Positions 21,260 through 31,415 of a stretch of 40,560 nucleotides of DNA are shown here, one piece after another. The position numbers and the translations under genes were made by a program. Numbering within the stretch: position 1 is the first letter of the stretch; every line of letters begins with the position of its first letter. The notes below the pieces were generated by a model. It was not told the origin of the DNA, did no database searches, and saw only the letters and a program-made list of their open reading frames with translations. Origin of the DNA: Ministeria vibrans ATCC 50519 (lineage: Eukaryota > Protista > Filasterea); assembly GCA_943704425.1 (NCBI GenBank), contig CALSCP010002083.1, forward strand, positions 1 through 40,560. Reading direction: 5' to 3'.

Positions 21260-21583
21260 TTACTTTCTACCCTTCCTCTTGCCACCACCGCGTTTTCTTC
21301 CAGCACCAGATGATCCGAGCTTTCCTTTTACTTTAGTAATGCCTTTGTTAAGACCCTTATTAAGCGTATCATGTGAGGCTGTTAAGATCTGTTTTCTATT
21401 ATCTGCGACCTGTTTACGAAGAAATGATTTGAATTTGCTGTCTCCTACCCTTCCTGTTGTGACGTTAGCAATAGCGTGATTAAGACCACTGTTAAGCTGT
21501 TTATTTGCGAAAGATATCAATTTTCCTTGGTGTTGTTGTAACTGTTTGCTAGCGAATGATTTGACTGAATCAAAGAAACCCAT
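21260..21583 (-). CDS. Small basic protein with N-terminal amphipathic helix (putative internal virion or membrane-active protein)
   Basis: MGFFDSVKSFASKQL...GSSGAGRKRGGGKRKGRK; directly downstream of the MCP block. Confidence 0.7.
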   Translation of the reverse strand: MGFFDSVKSFASKQLQQHQGKLISFANKQLNSGLNHAIANVTTGRVGDSKFKSFLRKQVADNRKQILTASHDTLNKGLNKGITKVKGKLGSSGAGRKRGGGKRKGRK

Positions 21584-21607
21584 TATACTACCTATTTAGA
21601 TAATAAA

Positions 21608-22924
21608 TTAGAGTGATTCAATGAGATCAACATTTCCATTAGCAACATCAATCTGGAGCATCTGTTGGCATACAATCCACATGTACGCAACCGGTGTAAT
21701 AGTATCTATACCAGCGTTATGATTAAGAGTCACTTCAAGGGGAGATGAGTCGATACGAGTGGAGTTCACGAATGAATCAGGCTGGGTAGCATCTGGCTGG
21801 AATGAGAAGGAAAGATAAGTGTATGCTCCTTCATATATTGCTTCACTGCTATTTCCCCAAGCCTGTACTGTATCGTCTAATAGCACACCTGACGAACCGA
21901 CTGACTCTTTAATGAAAGTGCCTAGTGGGGCCCATAGTTCGCGCTCTGGACTGGCATCTTTAGCAATAGTGTAAAGCTGTCTAGTAGCCTTCTGAGCCTT
22001 CTCAAAGTACTGTTTACCGTTGTATTTGATGTTAACAGTCAAATTGTCAGCTCCATCAACATACGAGTTTTCACTTCCTAAGATAGTAGCTCCGAGCCTT
22101 GGAAGCGCGATGTGAACAGTCTTCACATACATGTTTGCAGGCAACATAGTTATTGTTGTTGTTGTGGAGCTACTAACAGCCTTACTAGTGCACATAACAT
22201 GATCAATAGGTAGAACTAATGGCATCTCACGCATAGCATTCATAACAGGGTCAGGATACTTCAATAGATTGAGTACGAGTTGTGAGGCAGAAATAGCATA
22301 CCCAGTTTCTCCTCCATTTGGAACCATAATATCAGAGTACGCAGATGACGGTTTGAAGTCTATTTCGATCGTAATAGGGTCATTCATAGCAAACAACGGG
22401 ACCTCAAGTTTAAACAGGTTAGAGAATGCCTTAAGTGGCAATATAGTAGTGTATGTAGTAGATGGCAGTTGTGTGTATGTAACAGACTGTTCAGGTTCCC
22501 AGTTAGCGACATCAAAACCGTTGGAATTAGCTACGGGTTCAAATCGTAGTTGACGACCCTGTTGATACAATGCTTTCTCTGGATTGTCCATCAACTCACG
22601 TTCTTGATTAGCTTTTATTATAAGGAAGGCTGAGGCGTTAATAGGCACTGAAGCGATCTGTGTTCCTCCGTTGTAAACAGTGAACTGAGCAATGATTGAA
22701 TAAGCTCCTGATACGGTGCTAGAAAAGGCATCAGCGCCAACACTGACTATGTCAAAAGTAATGTAACTTGAATCACCATCTAAGATATCTGTTTTAGGGA
22801 ACTTATACCTACATCTATCTGCTGTCAAGTCATCTGGGTTTATAACCTGTGTGCTATACGATGTAGTAGCTTTACGTGATTCTGACAACATGTGAAATTT
22901 TCTTTCGAATGAACTGTTAGACAT
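21608..22924 (-). CDS. Major capsid protein-like (double jelly-roll), copy A
   Basis: 438 aa beta-rich; PLV-MCP-like pattern (INP...RYKFPKTDILDGDSSYITF...GAYSII...PLFAMNDPITIEIDF). Confidence 0.75.
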   Translation of the reverse strand: MSNSSFERKFHMLSESRKATTSYSTQVINPDDLTADRCRYKFPKTDILDGDSSYITFDIVSVGADAFSSTVSGAYSIIAQFTVYNGGTQIASVPINASAFLIIKANQERELMDNPEKALYQQGRQLRFEPVANSNGFDVANWEPEQSVTYTQLPSTTYTTILPLKAFSNLFKLEVPLFAMNDPITIEIDFKPSSAYSDIMVPNGGETGYAISASQLVLNLLKYPDPVMNAMREMPLVLPIDHVMCTSKAVSSSTTTTITMLPANMYVKTVHIALPRLGATILGSENSYVDGADNLTVNIKYNGKQYFEKAQKATRQLYTIAKDASPERELWAPLGTFIKESVGSSGVLLDDTVQAWGNSSEAIYEGAYTYLSFSFQPDATQPDSFVNSTRIDSSPLEVTLNHNAGIDTITPVAYMWIVCQQMLQIDVANGNVDLIESL

Positions 22925-22985
22925 TTGTTATATACTTAACCAATGAAAAAAATCATCGGTTAAATCAAACCTATTAAGGAACTGT

Positions 22986-24209
22986 TTAAGAGCTAACGGA
23001 TAGACTGTTAGGGGTTATTGTTAGGGTCTTAATTACATCAAAGAATGTGTACACATTAGTCGGGTTGCTAACGTCTGATTCAATAGCCATGTTAAGGTTA
23101 CTATTGATCATTCTCACACCATCATCATTTAAGAGGTAGCCGACTGCAAAATTCTGGACTGGATTTGAGCTATCTGAGTACGTTAATGGATCAAGGTTGT
23201 TTAGTACGCGGTCTTGATCAGGCTTAGCACTATGCGTCACAGCCTCTACATAGTTGCGACATAGGGCACTTTTATTTGTGTTAGTAGCACCTGTAACAGC
23301 GTACTTAAGTGGGTCTAACCGGCCGTTCACTGAGAGACTAGTTGACAATACATCAATGACACTATTCTGGAAACTATCAGCTTCTTGGTTTGACTCCTCT
23401 GAACTCAACATAAATCCATAGTATACTGATTTGAGTGCACTGTAATTAACAACTGAATACACCTGATCTTGCTGTGATTGAATCTGGCTTGGTAAGCAAT
23501 CTACGGATGGATATTGGAATTGCATAATACCATTGTTCGCAACCCATTCAAGTGCACGTTTTGCTTTCCATTCGTTTGTCGGTTCTAATGAAACATATGA
23601 AAGTTCACAGTCTGACAAAGTGTAGTATGTTGTTCCCAGTGCTCCACCAGACTGATCAAATGAAAAAGATGCTCCATCGACTAATCTGATTTCAATTCTT
23701 AGCCCACCAAATTCTTCTAATGTAACCTGTTCTGAGAGTGCTAGTATAGGTGACATAAGCTCCATACTAAAGGATGAATCAACCTCGGAAAGAATCTTAC
23801 AAGTGTCATGTGAAACAGAGTTAAGACACTCATTAGTAAGTCCTGCCATGAGTTTCTGTGGACCGTGAAGTGAGGACATTCTAGTGGATACATATCTGGC
23901 ATAGCATTGAGTGGTCTCAGCTGTGTTATTAGACTTCAAACCTTTGATTGTTATTGTGTCAATAAGCGACTGTACACCAGCGTAATTACTGTATGACAGA
24001 TCCTCCGATGGTGAAGGAGCCACATCACTACCAGTTCTCATTTTTAAAACTCCATTAAAATGAAGACTGCCACGCTTAATAAACTCAGTTTCGTTGGCAA
24101 TTACAATATTCATTTGATTGGAAGAATTCTGTGAACTAAATGTACTTCCATTCTGTACTGTAACGTTTCTGTTTGATCTTCTTGCGATATCGCCTACTTG
24201 CAAAGACAT
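22986..24209 (-). CDS. Major capsid protein-like (double jelly-roll), copy B
   Basis: 407 aa; QNGSTFS...GVQSLIDTITIKG...GGLRIEIRL...YTLSDCELSY...LSVNGRLDPLKY pattern. Confidence 0.78.
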   Translation of the reverse strand: MSLQVGDIARRSNRNVTVQNGSTFSSQNSSNQMNIVIANETEFIKRGSLHFNGVLKMRTGSDVAPSPSEDLSYSNYAGVQSLIDTITIKGLKSNNTAETTQCYARYVSTRMSSLHGPQKLMAGLTNECLNSVSHDTCKILSEVDSSFSMELMSPILALSEQVTLEEFGGLRIEIRLVDGASFSFDQSGGALGTTYYTLSDCELSYVSLEPTNEWKAKRALEWVANNGIMQFQYPSVDCLPSQIQSQQDQVYSVVNYSALKSVYYGFMLSSEESNQEADSFQNSVIDVLSTSLSVNGRLDPLKYAVTGATNTNKSALCRNYVEAVTHSAKPDQDRVLNNLDPLTYSDSSNPVQNFAVGYLLNDDGVRMINSNLNMAIESDVSNPTNVYTFFDVIKTLTITPNSLSVSS

Positions 24210-24293
24210 TCTTATATTAGAAGGATAGATTTTAAATATTGCCCTTAGGCAACATTTAAAACGTCATTTATAACAACTGTATTAGCCGATTGT

Positions 24294-25457
24294 TTAATCC
24301 ATTACCTCGACGCTACCAGGACGTAACATAATTGTTCTTACGAAGTAAGTCCATGTGTAGTATGTCTTTGTCACAGCTGGTGAAGATAAGTTCAGAAGCA
24401 AGGTAAATTCTTTGTTTAACAGATCAAGAGCTCTATTAGCTCCGGCGAACGAACGAGCATAAATTATGGTGTCACTGTTATCAAGAGATTCCCAGTTAGT
24501 GACTGGAACACCAATTGAAGCATAAGCATTAGCAAGTTCGTTGTTAGCAATCTGGTTATACGCTTTTGATGTTGATACTTTACTATTAGGGGTGTTAACA
24601 CCTCCGATTCTGAACTGATAAGAAGAGTTTCCACCTGGAGAATCCTTGATAGGTAAGAACTTTGTTCTGTCATCTATGTCATTAAACTTACTTGTGTCAA
24701 AGGCCATAGTGAATGATGCGACGCAATCGTGGTGATTAGATGAGGGACTGAGCTGGAACACAGGGTTAACAAGAGCACTAGTAGCATTGTTAATAGTCTG
24801 TGAACAGGTGATAAAGTTCAACATAACACCATCCTTATTGTATCTATCCATGATATATGCACTGTATTCTTCTCTCGTAGCGTCAGGTATGTTCTTTTCA
24901 CTAACAGTAAGGAACACATTGGACACAGTGAATGCTCCATCAGTGATAGGAGTAGGATCAGTTGAAGCCTGTGAAATAGCGAGCGTGTTAGATGCTAATT
25001 TAATACGTATGGTTAATCCTTGTTTCATGATCTTTAATGGCCAGCATGTGGCTTTGGCGAACACTCCTGAGAAAGCACTTAGAGGAAGAACCCATGTTTG
25101 CGTTACATTTCCTTCATCATCAACACCTTGAGATATCATCCTGTACCCATTGATACCATTATGTGATGCACTAACACGTTGCTTATTAGCCACTTCAAGA
25201 CCAATGTTGTTAAGATTCTCGATGTCGGTGTTATCGGCCCTTGTCACCATCTCATCTAACACTCCAAATGCTCCAGCATCTTCATCAAACGCTGGTGTTC
25301 CTGCTGTGCTAGTTAAAGCTATATCAAGAGTAAAATACGACTCAGTTAGGCAGACAAAATCACGCGGTGGAATAGCGAGATCAATAAGCTGATTTTCAGT
25401 AAATGATGCACCATTAGATGGGCCATAGCGTGTCACGATTTCACTTTGTTTACTCAT
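24294..25457 (-). CDS. Major capsid protein-like (double jelly-roll), copy C
   Basis: 387 aa; PSNGASFTENQLIDLAIP...SYFTLDI...GAFGVL...IENLNN...GLTIRIKLA...YQFRIGG pattern. Confidence 0.8.
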   Translation of the reverse strand: MSKQSEIVTRYGPSNGASFTENQLIDLAIPPRDFVCLTESYFTLDIALTSTAGTPAFDEDAGAFGVLDEMVTRADNTDIENLNNIGLEVANKQRVSASHNGINGYRMISQGVDDEGNVTQTWVLPLSAFSGVFAKATCWPLKIMKQGLTIRIKLASNTLAISQASTDPTPITDGAFTVSNVFLTVSEKNIPDATREEYSAYIMDRYNKDGVMLNFITCSQTINNATSALVNPVFQLSPSSNHHDCVASFTMAFDTSKFNDIDDRTKFLPIKDSPGGNSSYQFRIGGVNTPNSKVSTSKAYNQIANNELANAYASIGVPVTNWESLDNSDTIIYARSFAGANRALDLLNKEFTLLLNLSSPAVTKTYYTWTYFVRTIMLRPGSVEVMD

Positions 25458-25484
25458 AGTTTATATACCTTAGCGAGAATTTAA

Positions 25485-26222
25485 TTACAGTTTGTCATCT
25501 TCATCTATTAACCGGTAATTATACCGCTTATACATTTTGTTCTTCTCCTTGTTAAAGTGTAGAAATGGCCTTCCTTCTTCTTCTTCATCATCATCCTTCC
25601 ATGCTTCATTCAGGATTTGCTTGCCATTTTTAGTGTTCAGAAACTCCTCTAATAGGACATCTACTTCCTTCTTGTTAGACATCTTAAAGGCTATTAAACT
25701 GGTTAGGTTAGTACGGATAGTACTAGGAATCATTCTAATACGCTGACATGTGATAATGACGGAAACACCAAAATGTCTTGCCATAATGATCATACGACTC
25801 ATAATACCCCTATTCCCACTAGCTTGAAGCTCACCAGCGCAATCATCCAAGATAAGTAATGTACGATCCTTTCTACCTGTAACTGAAGCCTTTTGAAAGA
25901 TCTCATAAATTGTGCCCTCATTGTACTCTTCAAACACCTTATCATCGTCTAGATTCATCAGATCAAATGGGTTAGCCTGGGCTGTGTTTTTTGCATTGAC
26001 AGATATTAAGTAGACGTTATCAAAGTAGTTCTTGTACCAATTTAACAAAGTGCTTACTAAGAGGAAACTTTTACCACTTCCTGAAGGGCCACACACCAAT
26101 AATCTACACGGATGTTGAATAGGCAGGTTATCAGGGTGATCCGGGAGTCTAGCAGGTAAGTCAAGATGCTTAACTCTAAAGTCTTTATCAAGATCATTAA
26201 TAGGTTTCTTATTTCGAGTCAT
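25485..26222 (-). CDS. A32-like (FtsK/HerA superfamily) genome-packaging ATPase
   Basis: Walker A GPSGSGKS, Walker B LLILDD, and ARHFGVSVIITCQ...IPSTIRTN. Confidence 0.95.
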   Translation of the reverse strand: MTRNKKPINDLDKDFRVKHLDLPARLPDHPDNLPIQHPCRLLVCGPSGSGKSFLLVSTLLNWYKNYFDNVYLISVNAKNTAQANPFDLMNLDDDKVFEEYNEGTIYEIFQKASVTGRKDRTLLILDDCAGELQASGNRGIMSRMIIMARHFGVSVIITCQRIRMIPSTIRTNLTSLIAFKMSNKKEVDVLLEEFLNTKNGKQILNEAWKDDDEEEEGRPFLHFNKEKNKMYKRYNYRLIDEDDKL

Positions 26223-26256
26223 AACAGATATATAATTATATCACATAATAATATAA

Positions 26257-26727
26257 ATGCCAATCACTAAGCACCTCGTATCGTACGCAAATGACGTCGA
26301 AACTGAACAAACCCAATCACCGCCTGCAAAGAAAGTGAAAAAACCTAGATCAGCTAAACAATTGGCGAATGACCAGCGATTGAGAGACAAACATGCATCT
26401 CTAAAAGCGAGTAAACAGACTGCGAAACAAGATGCCAAACCAGTCGTATCACAAGTGAAAGAGAAAGTTGTAGAGAAGACTGTTATGCCATCTGAGTCAG
26501 ACCTTGATAGGATATTTAACAGTTACCTTGAGAAGAACAAACACCGTTTCACACCTCAGCAAGCAAAGCAAAAAGTTGCAGAACCAGTTATTAGGAAAGA
26601 GGAAGTGATAATAACTGATGAACCGAAGGAGAAAACACCAGTCAACGTGATCAAGAAGGATAAGAAAGCATTTGAGAAGCCAGAACACATGGGCCCGATT
26701 GATCATAAGTGGCTCAATTGGATGTAA
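26257..26727 (+). CDS. Lys-rich hypothetical protein
   Basis: 156-aa ORF divergent from the ATPase; ATATAA directly before the ATG. Confidence 0.75.
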   Translation: MPITKHLVSYANDVETEQTQSPPAKKVKKPRSAKQLANDQRLRDKHASLKASKQTAKQDAKPVVSQVKEKVVEKTVMPSESDLDRIFNSYLEKNKHRFTPQQAKQKVAEPVIRKEEVIITDEPKEKTPVNVIKKDKKAFEKPEHMGPIDHKWLNWM

Positions 26728-26784
26728 TTAGGTCATCTAGTAAGTAACGTATTAGTAGTACAATTATTCTATTGCTAATATATA

Positions 26785-28464
26785 ATGTCCATAGCTAACT
26801 ACAGAAGCAGAATATCGGATTACAATGCCTTATTGGCGCAGATGAAAGGCAACTTAGACACTGAAGTAGGGACTGATTCTAACCAAGAAACAGGCTTAGG
26901 AGTTGCAACTGGTATCGGTTCTATTCCATTGTTAATGAGTGGCAAAAGAAGTATTAAAGAACTGTACGGAATAATGAAAAAGAGCAAGGAAGCACGCAAC
27001 TTTGTAGAGACTGAAGGAATGCAAGCAGGTGAATCATCTAAGGGTCTAATGGACAGATTTAAGAAGTACTTATCAAGAGACAGAACAGCGGATCGTAACA
27101 CGCTTGCTGATGCGTCTGAGGGCCGAATACCTGATGCTCAAATGGACCCAATGGACTTTGGTGAACCAGCTGACTCAATACCACTTAACAGGTTCGGTAG
27201 TAGGAGCAAAAAAGGATACAGATCACTGGATGACGAAGATGATGAGGGGACAATTAACCCAGCATTTGATCGTTCTTACGCTGAACCAGCAGGTGAAAAC
27301 ACACCGCTATTAGGCAATGAAGTAGGTGATGATGAAGATCCATTATCAGGCTTAGGAGACACATACGAGGCTATTAGTGACATATCTCCGCCACCAGGAT
27401 TCAATTATGCTGACGACCTATTAAAGCCTATTGGTAAGGGATCAGAAGGTGCAGATTTCGGCACTGAAACAGAAGCTGTGACACAAGATTTAACACCGCT
27501 TAAAGTACGGTTCAAGAAAAGTCCATTAGAGCACATGCCCGGTGACGATGAATTGGCTAGTATGTCACATGCAGACTTGAGAACATTGGCAAAGAATAAT
27601 GGTATTCGATCGACTGGTAAGGGAGCTTCAAGTGACGAATTAAGAGGCAAATTAGGGAAGTTTAGAGATGGTGCAGAAATGGACGATAACGACTTTAGTT
27701 CAACAAATATGGCATCATACCTTAAGTCCAGATATGGAAGAAGTCCGTATCTGAAGGATAAGTATCCTGATAAGAACCTAATAGATACTAAAGCTGTGTC
27801 TAAAAGAGATCTTATTAGAGACGTTAAGAAGGCACAAAAGGAAGAGTCAGTTGGAAAGGCTGAAAGGAGACCAATAGCTGATGACCCACCTAAGAAAGAA
27901 ATGGGTACAATGGATGACATATTAGGTGACGAAGCTGGTCCTTCTGATGCTGGTAATTTGCTAACTGGAGGAGGTCAATCACAGACTGAAACTATTGAAC
28001 AAGAACAACAGCTTGATAACGCGTCTAATACGGCGGATGCACAGGCTTCACAAGAAACAGCAGAACAGGCTAATACAGCGGAAGATAACATCTTAGAACA
28101 CAACATAGACGCAACAGAGAATGTGGCAGAACATGGAGGTAAAATTGACTCGATAGACGGTGAGGACACAGCTGATGCCACTGCTGATGCAGGCGCTGAT
28201 GCAGGTGCTGAAGCTGGTGCTGTAGGAGCTGACGCTCTTGCGGATGCTGGTGCCTCAGCGTTAACATTAGGAGGTGCATTATCCGGTGTCGGATTAGTTG
28301 CTGGAGTGGGAATGGGAATCTTTTCGTTGGTCGAGCTTATTAAGAGCAAAACAGATGAACACAAACAGGAACAACAGGCGCAAGAGAAACTTCCATACAT
28401 TGCGAAGGCTACTTTTAATGCCACATCTCCTGCTGATAGGAATGTATCAACATCTAACGTGTAA
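26785..28464 (+). CDS. Acidic D/E/G/A-rich protein with HeH/SAP-like motif and C-terminal hydrophobic segment
   Basis: MSHADLRTLAKNNGIRSTGKGASSDELRGKL; ALTLGGALSGVGLVAGVGMGIFSLVELI. Confidence 0.8.
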   Translation: MSIANYRSRISDYNALLAQMKGNLDTEVGTDSNQETGLGVATGIGSIPLLMSGKRSIKELYGIMKKSKEARNFVETEGMQAGESSKGLMDRFKKYLSRDRTADRNTLADASEGRIPDAQMDPMDFGEPADSIPLNRFGSRSKKGYRSLDDEDDEGTINPAFDRSYAEPAGENTPLLGNEVGDDEDPLSGLGDTYEAISDISPPPGFNYADDLLKPIGKGSEGADFGTETEAVTQDLTPLKVRFKKSPLEHMPGDDELASMSHADLRTLAKNNGIRSTGKGASSDELRGKLGKFRDGAEMDDNDFSSTNMASYLKSRYGRSPYLKDKYPDKNLIDTKAVSKRDLIRDVKKAQKEESVGKAERRPIADDPPKKEMGTMDDILGDEAGPSDAGNLLTGGGQSQTETIEQEQQLDNASNTADAQASQETAEQANTAEDNILEHNIDATENVAEHGGKIDSIDGEDTADATADAGADAGAEAGAVGADALADAGASALTLGGALSGVGLVAGVGMGIFSLVELIKSKTDEHKQEQQAQEKLPYIAKATFNATSPADRNVSTSNV

Positions 28465-28505
28465 GCCTATTAAGAGAATTATTATCCTTCATAACAATAT
28501 AATCA

Positions 28506-29693
28506 ATGAGTGGTAACAGAATTATTCAATGTAAACAAGAAGCACTTGGATCTGTAGATCTGGACCCTATTAATCACCATGCATGGATGAACACGTTTGA
28601 TGAGGGCCTGGAGGTACATAAGGGTGATATGTTAAGGATCAATCAAGCCTTTATCAACTCACAAACAGGGGGTACTTTGATGGAGATCAATTCGACTAAT
28701 AACACCTTTAATATGACTGTTAGCTTCTATGTAATGCGTAACGGATCTGGCAACGTTGATTACCCTATTTATGATGTTTATTTCCCGGATGGTTACACGC
28801 TTTACACAGAAAACGTATCAGCAACGATACCAGATGGCTTCTATGACATGAATCAGATCGGATTAATCATTCAAAAATCGCTGACTGATAGTACACAGGC
28901 TGAGATAGCAAATGTAGGTACAACAGGTTGGTGGTTAGCACGTAGTAACACATTTAGAACATTTACAGCAACTGATTCAAGACTCATTAATAGAAATGGT
29001 GATGAAGACTATCCATGGCCTAATACAGGTGGAGAGAATTACGTTATTGCAGGGGCTAATATGCCAGTATTTGAGTGGAATAGAAGTGGTAACAGTCGCT
29101 TCACATGGTCGTTCTTACATCAGCCGTTTTATGGAGCTGATGGACAGCCTGCTTGCCAAATTAATAGATACGGTGATTATGGCTTATATGATCGCTTATC
29201 AGGGGTGGAATTAACGCTTGATTACGCTGTTGCTGGTAGTGGTTGGGCCACATTAGGATTCGATGAAGCAACTCAATCAGGGATAGGAAGCACCCAAGGA
29301 CAGGTCGTATCAAGTGGTTACACAAGCATATTAGCACCCCCTGAAACATTAACTATCCAGTGTGATAGCACAACTATCGAAGCCTTAACACTGCCACTAT
29401 TAACTACTTCCCCATACTGGATTTTGCAATGTGATTTATCTGATGATAGTAACCTTCTTATGCCTGATACAAGGGGTTTCGTAGGGTGCTCAGGTATATT
29501 AAATCAATCAGAGTATGCTCAAGACTACTCATTATCTTACCAGAACTCATTTAACCTTGTAATACAGGAAAATAAGACTGTTAAAACGATTCGTACAAGG
29601 ATACTGACTAGTTCGGGTAATGTGCCTACATCATTGCTTTCTAGGTCTAGTATCATATATGAACTAATACCGGCTCCACCAACCAAAATTTAA
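28506..29693 (+). CDS. Minor capsid (penton)-like protein 1
   Basis: Beta-rich; IPDGFYD and C-terminal PYWILQCD...VKTIRTRILTSSG...SSIIYEL resemble single jelly-roll pentons with an insertion. Confidence 0.6.
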   Translation: MSGNRIIQCKQEALGSVDLDPINHHAWMNTFDEGLEVHKGDMLRINQAFINSQTGGTLMEINSTNNTFNMTVSFYVMRNGSGNVDYPIYDVYFPDGYTLYTENVSATIPDGFYDMNQIGLIIQKSLTDSTQAEIANVGTTGWWLARSNTFRTFTATDSRLINRNGDEDYPWPNTGGENYVIAGANMPVFEWNRSGNSRFTWSFLHQPFYGADGQPACQINRYGDYGLYDRLSGVELTLDYAVAGSGWATLGFDEATQSGIGSTQGQVVSSGYTSILAPPETLTIQCDSTTIEALTLPLLTTSPYWILQCDLSDDSNLLMPDTRGFVGCSGILNQSEYAQDYSLSYQNSFNLVIQENKTVKTIRTRILTSSGNVPTSLLSRSSIIYELIPAPPTKI

Positions 29694-29713
29694 ATGTGTT
29701 GTTGTAATATAAC

Positions 29714-30454
29714 ATGATTGTCACCGTATCGTCAAATAATGAACAAAATCCAGCGCTCTTTAACGCTATCGTAAAGCAGGGATTAACCGTCCCTAAGCGT
29801 GCTAAAATTGGTCTTGTTAATGCCTTATTAAATGTCAAGCGGGAGATTAACATCCCCGCTAGTACGTTCTTTTATGACATTGATAATGGCGCATTTTCTG
29901 GTTCCATACCTGTTGTACAAGCTGATTACACAGATGCTACTGAATTTACTGACTGGCTTACTAATCAATTGAATCAAAACTTGGGCGGAGTGACATTCAC
30001 AGTAGCGTATAACTACACACATTCAGGTTTCCAGATAAGTTGGGTAGCAGGAAGTACACAATTGATTTATGTTTACATGGAGGACGATCTTAACTATGCC
30101 ATGGGATTCGCTAATGCACAGCTGTCGAAATATGCACAATCAGCCAGTTTCTTCAGTCCTCTAACAATTGGCTCAAGTACAAATAAGAATGCACTTATGA
30201 TAGACATTGATAACCTGACTATTACAAGCTACAATACAGTGAGAAATGGTTATGTTAATACACTCGCTACTATTCCACTTAGTAATGAGAACACAAGTGC
30301 CTTAAATTACGATCCTAACACAATACTTTATGTGGAACTTGACAATGATGAACCGTTTCAATTGAAGAACATTAAGGTATCTGTTAGGTACACAGACGGA
30401 TCTATTTGCCCAGATTTAAGTAGCCACACAACACTGGTATTAAATATTATCTAA
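29714..30454 (+). CDS. Minor capsid (penton)-like protein 2
   Basis: LMIDIDNL...LATIP...YDPNTILYVELDN...LKNIKVSVRYTDG...TTLVLNI, a typical PLV penton C-terminal pattern. Confidence 0.75.
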   Translation: MIVTVSSNNEQNPALFNAIVKQGLTVPKRAKIGLVNALLNVKREINIPASTFFYDIDNGAFSGSIPVVQADYTDATEFTDWLTNQLNQNLGGVTFTVAYNYTHSGFQISWVAGSTQLIYVYMEDDLNYAMGFANAQLSKYAQSASFFSPLTIGSSTNKNALMIDIDNLTITSYNTVRNGYVNTLATIPLSNENTSALNYDPNTILYVELDNDEPFQLKNIKVSVRYTDGSICPDLSSHTTLVLNII

Positions 30455-30466
30455 CGCATTAATATA

Positions 30467-31192
30467 ATGACAAAATTCAGAAGCGGTGATGCACTATTCG
30501 ATATTTCAAGAGACTTTGGACCGGGTAGAATTCTTCAATTGTGCCCTTATGAAGACGCTGTTGGAACAACACAGAAGGTATTTTGGAGCAATCCAGCAGA
30601 TCCTAGTTGGAATACAAGTGCTGTGCAGATAGAGATATGGTCAACTAGCGCGTCAGACACTGGAGCAGGAGTTGGAGCAAGAACCGTATTAGTTAACTTC
30701 ATAGACGATAACATGGAGGAACGATTCGAAACTATTGAGCTCAATGGTACTACTATTGTGACCCTTGCATCTTACGGCTACAGAGTCAATAGTCTAGAAG
30801 TCATAACAGCGGGATCTAGTGCAAAAAACGTCGGTGGTATATACGCATCTCACAGCGCTAAGGCACAGACTATGTGTTTGATCAATGTTAATGAGAATAC
30901 TTCAAAGGTTGGAATGTACAGCTGTGCCAATAACCAGACACTGTATTTGAAGAATATGGTCATATCTAATGGAGGCTCTGCAGGATGCTTCTTAGAGGTT
31001 TTAGTAAAAGGCATAGAGGATACGATAGTAAGGCGTTTCGGACGGTTTCATGTAACTGCCGCCCAAACTCAATCAATAGACCTTAATTGGATGGCTATTG
31101 GACCTGGCGAAGACTTTTATTGTGTGATCAACACTGGTGGTAGTGTAACAAATATGAACGGAGTTATAAACTGTGTAATAGAAGAGAATTAA
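30467..31192 (+). CDS. Putative virion protein, paralog of 19659-20396
   Basis: STSASDTGAGVGARTVLVNFID...ETIELNGTT...RVNS...AGSSAKNVG. Confidence 0.78.
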   Translation: MTKFRSGDALFDISRDFGPGRILQLCPYEDAVGTTQKVFWSNPADPSWNTSAVQIEIWSTSASDTGAGVGARTVLVNFIDDNMEERFETIELNGTTIVTLASYGYRVNSLEVITAGSSAKNVGGIYASHSAKAQTMCLINVNENTSKVGMYSCANNQTLYLKNMVISNGGSAGCFLEVLVKGIEDTIVRRFGRFHVTAAQTQSIDLNWMAIGPGEDFYCVINTGGSVTNMNGVINCVIEEN

Positions 31193-31211
31193 TATCTGTT
31201 ACGAGTGTATA

Positions 31212-31415
31212 ATGACGTCGTCAATGCAAGCAATGAGAAAAGCTATTAGCGCTCACAACACCAAGAATCACTATAAAATGTCAAGAGCTCAATTAGAAGA
31301 TGTTGTTCTTCGTAAGATGATTGAGGCTCCTAAGATGAAGAAATCACCACCTAAGAAGAAGGCTAAGAAGCCAGTTGCGCCGAAGCCAAGGAGAAGTAAA
31401 AGAACAAAACGGTAA
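31212..31415 (+). CDS. Small very basic protein (candidate DNA-condensing core protein)
   Basis: 67 aa ending KKSPPKKKAKKPVAPKPRRSKRTKR. Confidence 0.7.
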   Translation: MTSSMQAMRKAISAHNTKNHYKMSRAQLEDVVLRKMIEAPKMKKSPPKKKAKKPVAPKPRRSKRTKR

